Part shown: in pieces, positions 36,412 through 47,200 of the stretch
Numbering within the stretch: position 1 is the first letter of the stretch
Layout: each line of letters opens with the position of its first letter
Assembly: GCA_000934665.2 (NCBI GenBank)
Contig: JYFJ02002928.1
Coordinates: 1 to 48,695 of the forward strand
DNA length: 48,695 nucleotides
Reading direction: 5' to 3'
DNA from: Catajapyx aquilonaris
Taxonomy: Eukaryota
Made by a program: the position numbers and the translations under genes
The notes under the pieces: model-generated
What the model was told of the DNA's origin: nothing
Databases searched by the model: none
The model's input: the letters and a program-made list of their open reading frames with translations, nothing else

Positions 36412-36651
36412 GGGAGACGGAGTGGCGCTGCGGTAACGTATGCGCTCACGGATGTTAAGGTCCCGGGTTCGATCCCAGCCCGGGGTTCCCCCCTTCATCT
36501 CGTGCAGAGTTGGGTCGTCTCTAGTTTCGTCTCCGGTGGAATTTCCTTAGACTAATCCACCCGGGGGAGTTCACAAAATGACATTAGCAACGACATGGCA
36601 CCGCACTTTGCACATCCCCTCCTGTATCCTGCCCGTGGGCCCGGGCGTTTC
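36412..36651 (+). mobile_element. SINE family 1, lacking the 3' tail module
   Basis: Head and body colinear with 19707-19952; no GCACTACCC end or TSD found. Confidence 0.92.
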
Positions 36652-37733
36652 GCAAATGGTGAATTAACATGTGCAACCATAATTATACAGGTGAGGGATG
36701 TTTTGAAGCACTGGCTGTTTCATTAGCGAAGAAAGGGTTGACGGCAAACAGGTTCTCTTAAAATATTGATTTTGGGTTTGTTCTGTCATTCTAGATAATG
36801 AAACTAACTTCATTCAGTGACAGTGGTTATCTCCTCAATAAATTTTTGAAGCAGTTTCAATTTATAAATGAGAAGATAATTCGCTATTGTAGCATATAAT
36901 TACACTAGTCAACAAGGATTTTGGCACATGAACAATTTTTGCTGTTTCTAATGCATTCATATGCGCTGATTCCGAATATGAAGTCAGAAGGTTTCCATCA
37001 CCCTCCCTTTTTTGTAACTGCCATAAGTTATTTTGCGGAAAGTACACTGCACATTGCTCAATGTGACTAATATATTATGGTCAACAATGATTTTGTAAAA
37101 TAAGCCATTATCACCTTTTATTGTGGATTAGTATGCGCTGAGTATGAATGTGAAGTCAAAATATTTCTATCGGTATCCATTTTTCTTGTAACAGGCCTTA
37201 CTCCGAGAGTAGGCATATTTTGAATAGCTCAATATTATTAATTTATTGGGCAACATTGGGTTTTGTTTAAGGCACCATTTTTGATGTTTCTCATATTAGT
37301 AGGCGCTGATTGTGAATATGAAGTCATAATTTTAATATCGGCATCCATTTTCTTGTAACAAGCGTATACCTTGTTTTGTAGAATTACTGAACATTGTCAC
37401 CTTTTGCATATTTTTTGTAAACATTATTCCATATGAGGCTTTTGGTATATCTACAATCATCTACATCATAGCTAATCCATGCTAAGCCCTATTAGTCATT
37501 ACTTACTCACAAATTTATTTCAACGTGTATGATTTTAACCTACATTAAGAGAAGCTTTTTTATACGTATCATAAAAATGCCAATGACTCAAAAGCTGTAT
37601 GTGATAGAATGAAATGGTTAACAGATTTGAAATCAGAATCGCACATTCACGTACTATGGGGATCAAATTGTTTTGGACATTTTTGATTTTATCCTGGTCT
37701 TGAAGCAACCCTTCGCGCACACACACCTGCTCA

Positions 37734-38084
37734 CACAGTTCTGTTCTGAATTAGCTATGGGGACGTGAAAATGCCACTTTTCGAAGCTAGTGTAAACTAA
37801 CCTAACCTAACCTAACCTAACCTACCCTACCTAAACTACCCTACCCTCACTCACCTAGGCTGAGAAAAATTGACGTTTGTGAAACCCTACGAATGAAAAT
37901 AGTGGGGACTTGTCCCCGCTATTTTTTTTTACGTCCCCACTGTAATAGTACACAGCGCGTATTTTTTTAGTGGGGACCTGAAAATGTCCCCACAATTAAA
38001 TTGTGGGGACACATGTCCCCACAGCTATAGTAAAATCTCAAAAACACACAAACTTCCGTCCCCTGAGCTAATGCAAGACCTGTA
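37734..38084. mobile_element. EnSpm/CACTA-like non-autonomous element
   Basis: Termini CACAG / CTGTA (expected CTGTG), ATTAGCT..GGGGACG / CGTCCCC..AGCTAAT, 2-bp CA duplication deduced from the empty site, multiple GGGGAC/GTCCCC subterminal repeats. Confidence 0.7.
37796..37846. repeat. (CCTAA)n = TTAGG-type repeat, degenerating to CCTAC
   Basis: Four to five perfect CCTAA units followed by variants. Confidence 0.9.
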
Positions 38085-38664
38085 CACCGTGGGGCCTGTG
38101 CGAAGGGTTGCTTCAAGACCAGGATAAAGTGACCAAAACAATTTGAGCCCCATAGTAGGCTACATGCACCAAAATAATTACAATTTTGTGGATCAGTGTT
38201 GACATATACACATGGAAGGAAAATATTTGCAACCGTAAAATGATGATTTCTCAAAAACTGTGGGTGATAGAAAATATTGGTTAACGTTTTTGAAATCGGG
38301 GCAAGAAAATACAGGGTCAGATAGTTTTAAGTCGGATTAACTAGCCCATAAGAGCTCTTAAACCCTCCGTGGCAAGAAAATACAATAAGAATTTCACATT
38401 CAAGTACATGTGCCAGAAAAAAGTTCAATTTTGTTGACTAGTGTTATCTGAGTAGTTGTAATCTTTACTCCATTATAAATTTATTGAAAGTGCCAAACAT
38501 GGACATTATTTTGTACCATGTATTTTGCAGTCCATTCCTTGAATACCTCGTATATTGGAATTTGTGTTGATGAGCAGCCATACATCAACGTTATATGACT
38601 GTGTAATAAGCGGGGTAATAAGTGAACAGAAGGTTTGCTCAGATTTCAATTAACCTTCCAAATA

Positions 38665-38704
38665 CAGTGAGGTGGAAGGCTGAGGCGCTAACCACTACGC
38701 CACC
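38665..38704 (-). mobile_element. tRNA-like SINE head fragment
   Basis: Minus strand GGTGGCGTAGTGGTTAGCGCCTCAGCCTTCC (A box); no B box follows. Confidence 0.5.
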
Positions 38705-38890
38705 TTGTCGCCCAGTTAGCATTGTTATATATTAATTAGTAGGTGTATTAATAGATCATTATTTTCGCAAAAATGTACACTGCATTGTATCAGATATTGC
38801 TATAGAGACAAACGTACTATTGTTCTCTAGATAAATTTTGTTTCTCTGTCAGTTAAATTCCCAGCTATATTTTTTCAACTACGCCTTTCA

Positions 38891-38921
38891 AAATGATCGG
38901 TCGAAATGATCGGTCGAAATG
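38891..38921. repeat. 13-bp tandem duplication
   Basis: AAATGATCGGTCG x2.4. Confidence 0.9.
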
Positions 38922-41185
38922 TCATTGCGCCCAGTTGCTGTTGGCATCCTGAGAACGGGAAGAAATAGAAGTGAAAAAAATCGAGGGGGAGGGGATTAGT
39001 GTGGGGGAGTGTGCGATAGGTTCTTCTGGTCGACTAAAATCAGCGGTACGGGGAGTACAATCTTGACGCTGTAGATTCCTTGACATTTCAGATACGGAAG
39101 TAAGATTAATTGTGAAACACACTCTAAATGATGCCCCTTATGTAATAAGAGCGATATACGTCTATGATAAATTCTTGGTCGCTATAAATGATAATTTTAT
39201 GTAAATGTGTCATATGGTGGGCGCAGCTTCATTACTGAGATACTGAGATTACTGAGATAATTAGATCTAATTAAAAAGTTCCCTATATCGTGTGACTTGG
39301 CCCTGTGCGTGCCTTCTACACCTTCAATATCTCTGCAGCCGGTTACAACTGCCATGCCCACTAATCTGATGTCCCTGGTGTGACTAGGTACTGTATCATG
39401 CAAAGAAAACTTTCGCCTAAACCGTTGCCAAAGTGCGTCGCTTTCTAGTGTTATCACGCTGTATAGGCAGGACGCAGACGACCTACCGCCTCCCTCTTGC
39501 CATTTTCAGCATCCAAATATCATCTGCTACCCTCACCTCAAGACGTGAGTAGACTCACTTCCAGTAGTGGAGCATTTTTCAGGGACTTAAATTACATGGT
39601 ACGGCTGCAGAAAAAATGAAAACTGCATGATAGTACTTTTTTATTTAAATAAGGTTTACAGGCAGATATAAAGCCTACCATGATATTCGATGCCTTGTTA
39701 TCGAGTACTTATTTTATAAGTACTGTACTAACACCTACTGTATACGTACTGCATACGTAAAACGATCACCTGCGACCTCGGATTCAGCCTAGAAGTTTCT
39801 GGGTACCATGTAGGGCCACCTTGTGTCTCTCTATCTGTATAATACCTTAAAAATAAGCAACCATATAGGAACCTCCCCATTTCGGACCATCAAAGTCACC
39901 CAGGGAGCAATACATCCCCATTTCAGGTCCCAAACGGAGGGGCAGGCAGCCATTTTGACAAATGGCAGAAATATGGCGTCGAGGCAGAGGCTCACTTGTC
40001 AGGAAGTAAACCGATTTTGAAGTGGGAAACGCAGGTCTTTACGAACCGAACCGTGACTTCCATCACTTTTCTCATCTGCTAGAAGCCACAGTGTCTGCCC
40101 CCCTCCCATCCCCTCTCTATTTTGAAGGGGGGTCGCCCCTTACCTCACCTCACTTGGGACTGGTGGGAGGGTAGATCTACATCCGGGGGTCGAGGCCCGC
40201 CATAAAACAAGTGAAGACTCCTTCCCGAAGCATGATGGCGATGGCAAGCTAGGCGACTACAAGGACGAATTGCGTTGAGGTAATTGGAGTTTGATGAAGT
40301 AAAGGGAGTTGGGAGAGCGTTTTTGGTAGTAAAGGGAGGGGGAAAGGGGGTGGGGGTAAAATAGAAGAGGAGAGGGGGGACCCAAACCCTCTGAGACCCC
40401 CTTCGGCATAAGATCCAATTTGGCCTCACGCGGAAAAGCAGCGCCGAGGACTTTTACTACCCACACGCCGGCTTTTAGAATATTGGCCCAGCTGCGCGCC
40501 TCTTCGGTCCAAAATACCGGGGTTTTTTCCTCTTTTTTTACCGCCCCCACCTATTCCTTTTTCCGGCCCGATTCCTACGCCGATGGCCATCGTTTAATTA
40601 TTCTCCCGGCGGTTCTTTTTTCCATTTGCGCCGTGTTTGTATGTGCCCCGATGCCTCAAGCAGACCCGTAGAACAAGTCGATGCTTTTTGCATTCGCGGC
40701 GAATGTTCAAGAGAGGAGGGGGAGGGGGAGGGGGAGGGGGTACCCTCACTTCGCAGCTTGGAATTGGTTCTTTTCAGGAAATCGCTATTGGAACAGTTTA
40801 ACCTCTGTCTATAACCCAAAAGAGGGCTTCCTTTCATCGCTTTCAAATACGGTGTAATTGCGCCTTATTGCAATCGAGGGAGGCATGACCACCCATGATT
40901 CTGGGGGCGTCAAATTCACTAGGGCCCTGACCTGAATAAAAAGACATACCGTATGTCATCAGGCACGGCTCTCAAATTTGGGTGTGATTGTTGCTATTTG
41001 CCATGTTATTCTGCTGCTGACTACAATAATTATCAAAATATTATTGTGCTTGAACGCAAGCATGTTCCTGTGTTTTTACAGTCTTTACACAGAATTTGCC
41101 ATACTATTCACGGGGTAGATTCACTACAGCATGTTCAATGTTATATAAAGCAATAAGCACAAATACAACAGTAGCTGAAGATTTA

Positions 41186-41293
41186 GGGTGGAATTTTCGT
41201 CCCACTGCCGGTTACTGCTAACTTAGAGGTACCAGTATTGGCCAGAGTACTGCTAAGTTAGCAGTAACTAGCAATGGGACGAAAATTCCACCC
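41186..41293. mobile_element. MITE family X, intact copy (PIF/Harbinger-like)
   Basis: TTA|GGGTGGAATTTTCGTCCCA...TGGGACGAAAATTCCACCC|TTA; 108-bp near-palindrome with 3-bp TTA TSD. Confidence 0.92.
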
Positions 41294-41819
41294 TTAGAAG
41301 AAATTTTTCAAAATAATGTATACTGAAACAGTTCGTAAACGTGATCTCTGAAGTTTCTATTATGATTTAATATTTAAGTACATGTCTAAATTCAATAATA
41401 ATTATATTGTTGGCCTTGGGATGAAAGGAGTTAGAAGAAGCCATGGCCAATCAGAGTAAATGATATCACATCGCGCCAAGTCATGCACTTTTGGAATCTT
41501 ATGTAGCCAAGTGCTGCTCTGGACACAGGAGGTTTACCAGGAATATCGATAAAGCGTGAACGTGAATATCGATACACATCAAGGACGACGAGATATTTTG
41601 CTTCGACTTATATTATGTTGAGAAGTCTCCCAGCCAATTCAGATCTTTCGTCTCTTGGCCTCTCCCTAGGCTTTCAACTGCAATGAAATTTATAGACGTA
41701 GCAAAAAAGTGAGGCTATTGCAATCGGTACAACTGCTTAGATCGACATGTTGTTTGTCTTTTAAATACCTGCCTTGATATAATCACGGCAGAGCTGATGG
41801 ATTATGACAGTGCTGGGAA

Positions 41820-41950
41820 GAAATGAGAGAACCCTGGGGTAAACCCATGTGAACACAGAATCGAAACTACTGTATTTCCACATGAGAAAGTATCGTCTGC
41901 CTGACCAGGGGATCGAACTCGGTACTCGGTACTCCAGAGGTGAAAGCTAC
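41820..41950 (-). mobile_element. Degenerate tRNA-SINE fragment
   Basis: Minus strand B box GAGTTCGATCCCC followed by GGGTTTACCCCAGGGTTCTCTCATTTC, a common SINE body motif. Confidence 0.55.
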
Positions 41951-43456
41951 TATATTACAACTAATAAAATATATCTCGCATAAAATTACAATTTTTATCT
42001 TTTTAACGTCTCACTTCTTGTAATGATTTTTATTACTACTATTTTTACTACACTACTTAGCAAGACTTTCTTCCCCATGTTCAATGCGGTTCTGACATGG
42101 TATTCAGCTCCTGTTCTCTTGTGAGGTTCCATGTACTCTATAGTACTGGAACTATTTCAACCTTTTGCAAATTAGAAAAATGAATTCAGTATAATCACAC
42201 ATTCCCATTCACTTCAGATTCAAATCCGTGCTTCATAACACAAAATTTTGAAGGGAATAACTACGTCCTGCACCAAAAAAGAGGCAGTTCCCTAACAAGA
42301 TGGCGCTTTTTTGCTTGAATCCTAACAGGTGCTTCCTCTTGTCATTTCACTACCCGAAAAAAAAAATCCATTAGCAGATTTTGAAGCGTTAATTAAAACC
42401 TCTCCGTGATGTCCCCAACTCCCTACACTTTTTTTCTGTCCTTTTTTGTGTTGAGGGGGGGTTGAGGTGCAGTAAATTTGCATTTCCACGTAGGGAAACG
42501 AGCGTAATAAAAGTGGACGGCGTTGCATTTTTTGGAGCCCCCCCCCCAGCCTGTACCCCTCCCCCGTCATTCGGTGGTCCGGAGGAATTTTAAATAGAAG
42601 TCGCAACTTTCTCTGGACTCGTTAATCAGCGGGCATAAAGTGCCTGGGTGCAATATTGGTCCACTTTTTCGGGAGGGGGCCAAGACAGCTGGAGGGCCTC
42701 CTTTTTTCTTCCAAAAATGTAGAGGCGGTAGGAATGCAGCTGCGACTTTTGCCAGTTTCAATTTGCAAAACAAGGAAAGAGAGGGGGGTGGAGGCCATTT
42801 TTCACCGGAGAGAAATGAGGCTGGGAGCCGCAAGAAAATAAGTGCAGACAAACGATGCATCCGCACAAGAATGAAGCCATCTCGCCAACGTCCTATCAAT
42901 ATTATCCCATCCACTCCGCCATTCTGAGCCCGGCTGCCCCCCTCCCCCCACCCTTTTTTTTGCTGAAGGATCATTCAGTGCATAGGGGGGAAGTGGGGGG
43001 GGGTGTCAGTAAGTTTCGGCTAACCTTGTTCTGAGCGGGGTAATGGCTGGCTCGGAAATTTACGATGGCTTGTTAGCAATGCGAGCGACAAGGTTCGAAT
43101 TAAGGAAAAGTCAACAGGATTGTTGTGAACAGGCGGTGCCTCTTTTTTCTACAAAGGGGAGGTGGGAGGGTTGACAGAAGAATTAAATTTGGGACTAGAT
43201 TTTTGATCAAAACAAGTCAGACACATTCCAGTACAGATTGTGTCATATACTCGTAGGTCTCGGGTGACATAGCAACTGACATTTCCTGCCAAACTCTTTC
43301 GTTGACGGTAAAAACCGGTACACACATTTGTGTCTGCGATTCCAAGTGGTGATTACTCTCCCTTGAAAAATTCATTTCATAATCCCTGTTTTCCCTAGGA
43401 AGAAATGTTTCGTCCAAGTTCTCCTTGAAGCGGTGAATACAAAATTAGACACGATA

Positions 43457-43501
43457 GAACATGTTATGTGTGTATTGAACATGTTATGTGTGTATTGAAC
43501 A
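43457..43501. repeat. 20-bp tandem duplication
   Basis: GAACATGTTATGTGTGTATT x2.25. Confidence 0.92.
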
Positions 43502-43870
43502 AGACTAGACGATTTAGAATATTGAGTCAGGTGACCCATGTCGCAAGGTTGGCTAGAGGGGGACCCATATGATTCGCATGTGTAATGCAACTAAAATTTC
43601 GATGCCATTATCTCTATGTCAGAGAACCGAAATGGTCGAAGCAACTAGCGTTATTAGATCTTGAAACATCTGAATGAATCTGTAATTTCGAAACTTTAGG
43701 AACACCATCTAGATTTGGTGTGAATGTACTATTGTTAAGACTCTAAGAGTAATAGCCTATTATGTTTCTTTCCTGGGAAAATTTTTCAATCGACCTCAAA
43801 CACTAGACATAACATTTGAAACAAATACCTGCGGAATTTTCAAAACATCACACTTCATTTTGCAATTTCT

Positions 43871-44271
43871 TCTACTTCTTCTTCTTCATTATTATTCATA
43901 ATAATAATAATACGAGTAATAATAATAATAATAGGTTTAGTGCTCCGCCCAATGGGCATCCGGCACAGTACCTTTATTTGCTTTGTAGTACAGCTCGTAT
44001 AAGATGGTCCTTTTGCCGTAAACTCCCGGGTACCGTGAGCGATAGGGAAGGTGACAGGAGGGGATGTGCAAGGTGCAGTGCAGTACGGTTGCTTAGGTCA
44101 TTTTGTGAACTCCCCGGGTGGTTTAGTCTATTGGAAATGCCACCCGATACGAAGCCAGAGTCGACCCTGAACTCTGCACGAGATGAAGGGGGTGTCCCGG
44201 GACGGGATTTGATCCCGGGACCTTAACATTCGTGGGCGCGTACGTTACCGCAGCGCCACTTCGCCTCCCTG
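43871..44271 (-). mobile_element. SINE family 1, full length, divergent 3' part
   Basis: Same head and body; tail AAATAAAGGT...GCACTAAACC followed by (TAT)n/(GAA)n; 9-bp TSD GCAATTTCT (43862-43870 / 44272-44280). Confidence 0.92.
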
Positions 44272-47200
44272 GCAATTTCTAATTAACTTCGAGGTGACAA
44301 AATATGTATATAAAAGCTCAACTTACAACTTTAATCAAAACAATATCTCGAATTCCGTTAAAAAATTAGAATAAAAAAGTATTTGAATCGAGGCTTTCAC
44401 GAGATGCCAACATTATCCTATGTGGCTATAATGTTTCCTCTGTCCTAGTCAACAGTGCAAAAAAGATAGTGATGCAGTAATTTAATGTAATTTTCTCTTG
44501 TAAATCTGTTCAGAACTGTTAATAGAGGGAATAAATAAGCCTAGGAAAAATAGCGAAAATACGGTTGAAAAAAGTAAGCATGATTTATGCACCAGCGAGC
44601 AGGGCAATGTGCACGACAGCAGACGAACACCAATAATAATCGGGTCACATCACATGCCGTGCAAAATAACGACAGTAAACTCGTCATCAATATGAAATAG
44701 TCTACAAGATTAGCACTCACTGAGCTATTCCAAATACAATGAATACATAGGACGCCGGACAAATATTATTGTCAAGTGTATTCAAAACACCAACAGGCTG
44801 GGCGTACGGACCGATTTAATTACAATCACCAGCTATAAAAATACTGTGTCTAATTGACGGCGGAACGACTATCGAGTTTTTGATTGCTGGCATTACGAGT
44901 GGATTGCCTGTCCGTGCCATCATGTTTTGAACTTGTCGATATTTTGACAGTACGCGCGTTTAATGACATCCAGGCTTTTCGCCGAGTAAACCGTTTACAC
45001 CCTAAAACGAAGTCAATAGAATAACAAAATAATGAATGCGATCGAGTTCCTGTTAAATGTTAACATATTGCTATTGTTGTAAACGAATGTTGTATGCTAG
45101 TAAATACCAAAATGGCACTTTGATTTAAGCACTTTTCTACACAATACTTCATTATCAAAGCACTCTATACTGGCCTAATTAATGAAACGATTAAACGTCA
45201 ATAAAAATTTACCGGCATTCATTTAACAAGTAACAGTATGCCTGGTTATATTCATACATGACCATTACTGCTTATAACGTATTAATTAATGGACTTCATA
45301 AATTTCTCTCTAAAAAATTATCCGTTCCCGGCATAAAAATGGGCATCCGTGTTATTGCTGCGATGCTAACTAATCTCCGAAGATCGATTATTCCTGCAAA
45401 AATAAAACAAAAGCAATATTTGCACTCAATACTCCAATTGGCAGAAAGTCAAACACTGGAGCGCTTAAATTAAAGCCTGCAGGCTTTCCCCAGCTTCCAT
45501 GCAAACTGGTAGGGAGGGGCAGGGGAGTGGAGGAAAGGGGGTGGGGGGTGGAGGGAGGGAGGGACTAAATATTCCATTTGTAATTTTGAGCGTTACGACA
45601 GGCGCAATCACAATAGTTTCTAATAGCCCCGGACGCATTGACCATGTCCCATGATTTGATTGATAGCGGTAAGTGCTTAAGCATGTACACAACAGTTCTT
45701 TTTTGTCGCTGATATTCCGCCAATTTTGCCAGCCCGCCCTGCAAAGTTTAGTTTACGGAAAATGTGGCCAGGGGGGAGTGGCTGATGCAGGCAGCGAATA
45801 ATAATTTGACTCATTACAAGTGACGTTAATGAGTTGCTCAGATACCCCCAATGCACGAGAAACTGTTACTCTTGCACCACCACCAGCGCCACCTAAAAAA
45901 ACTGCGGGTAATTGATGCCACCGCTGATGCGCACTGAAATTCAAATTGGATCAAAAGGCATCTCATTAAAATTAAAGCCTGGCCGGGCCCCGCTTTTTTG
46001 CCCGTGTAGAAAAGTGCAAAATAACTTGATCGTGGCGATGAAAGGTGTGTTGACATGCACTAGGAACTCTGTTCCGGAAACAGGTGACCAGAACCTCCGG
46101 AGAGCCGACTACCCATAGGTCCCATTAGGTTGACTTTATGGGTGCTACGTGCTTCGGAAAGAGGAAGCCATTCGGCCCAATTTGACTTCCGAGCCCCGCA
46201 CAAACAAAACCAGACTAATTTAGGGTGCCAGGGATCGATGTAGGGGCTGCAATTCTCACACAATTCGATCCATTGGGTGAAGGGCCATTGGGAGTCATAC
46301 CCTGTGTTTTCTCTTATTTACCATTCCCCACTGCTGGCATAATTCAAGCACCAGGACAAGTGCAAAGAGCCACTGATGCTACTATAGCTTGACCAAATAT
46401 AGACTCCGCATTTCCCGCCTAACTAATGGACAAAGACGTACCTCAGAGTGACGCACAGTATACCATTTTTATAGAGTTATAGCTCCATTAGTAGCTGAAA
46501 TTCCCGGGAGACGTGGCGGCTAACTTTCAGGGTGACCGTCAGAAAGCAGATCAAAGACGTTGGCTCAAAATGGAGCACTGAAATTCAATCCTCCAATATC
46601 CTGCATAAGAGACCTAATGGACAACAGCAAGGTTGCAAAATGCCAGCAGTTTCTTTCTGGTACCAAGCCGACAACCTAGTCAGAGTGGACAGAGGCCCAT
46701 AAAAGTTCGAAAAAATGCACCTGATAAAATATGAAATAACAATACCATTAGTGTAAATCCCCCCTACCACACTACGAATTTAGCTATGCCCATACAAGCT
46801 AATTAAACAGCCTGTAAAGAGTGTTTCATAAAACCTCATTATGCTCTCTTAATAATGTTCTAATATAGGGAATCGTACCGATTCAGGTTTTAACAAAGCG
46901 ACAATTCGAATGCATTATCTTATATTCCAAGGTATAATCCAATTGCTGAGAACACAGAATGGAAGTCTTCAAGCTCTCATTAGCAATCTCGACAAAATCT
47001 ATTTTCTTACTAATTTCTTAACTACATTAGATCACAATGATATTTGTCGTCCCACTGCTTTTTGGGCGGCCATGCTGCTCTTTTTAGTGAGAATTTACAC
47101 CCCTGGTCTGATTCAGAAAGTTATACATCATTACGGAAGTTTGTATGCAGATGCAGTCGCGTTTTCCAAAGGACTGAGGAAGGGGGGGGGGGGTCCACTG

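Larger units (their letters stand above)
37654..38155. mobile_element. MITE family Y, copy 2 (inverted), interrupted
   Basis: TA|CTATGGGG...CCCCATAG|TA; removing 37734-38086 restores the reverse complement of 25285-25426. Confidence 0.9.
36903..38443. mobile_element. Non-autonomous Chapaev3-like (CMC) DNA transposon
   Basis: Perfect 13-bp TIR CACTAGTCAACAA / TTGTTGACTAGTG plus TGGCACATG/CATGTGCCA, 3-bp TSD TTA; ~170-bp-spaced internal repeats GCGCTGA....GAATRTGAAGTCA at ~36963, 37135, 37302. Confidence 0.75.

Noticed and set aside
13222..44271. CRISPR-like or DGR-like reading of conserved blocks with variable spacers
   Set aside because: Copies are dispersed TSD-flanked retroposons, not an array; no cas or RT gene; variation is not adenine-specific.
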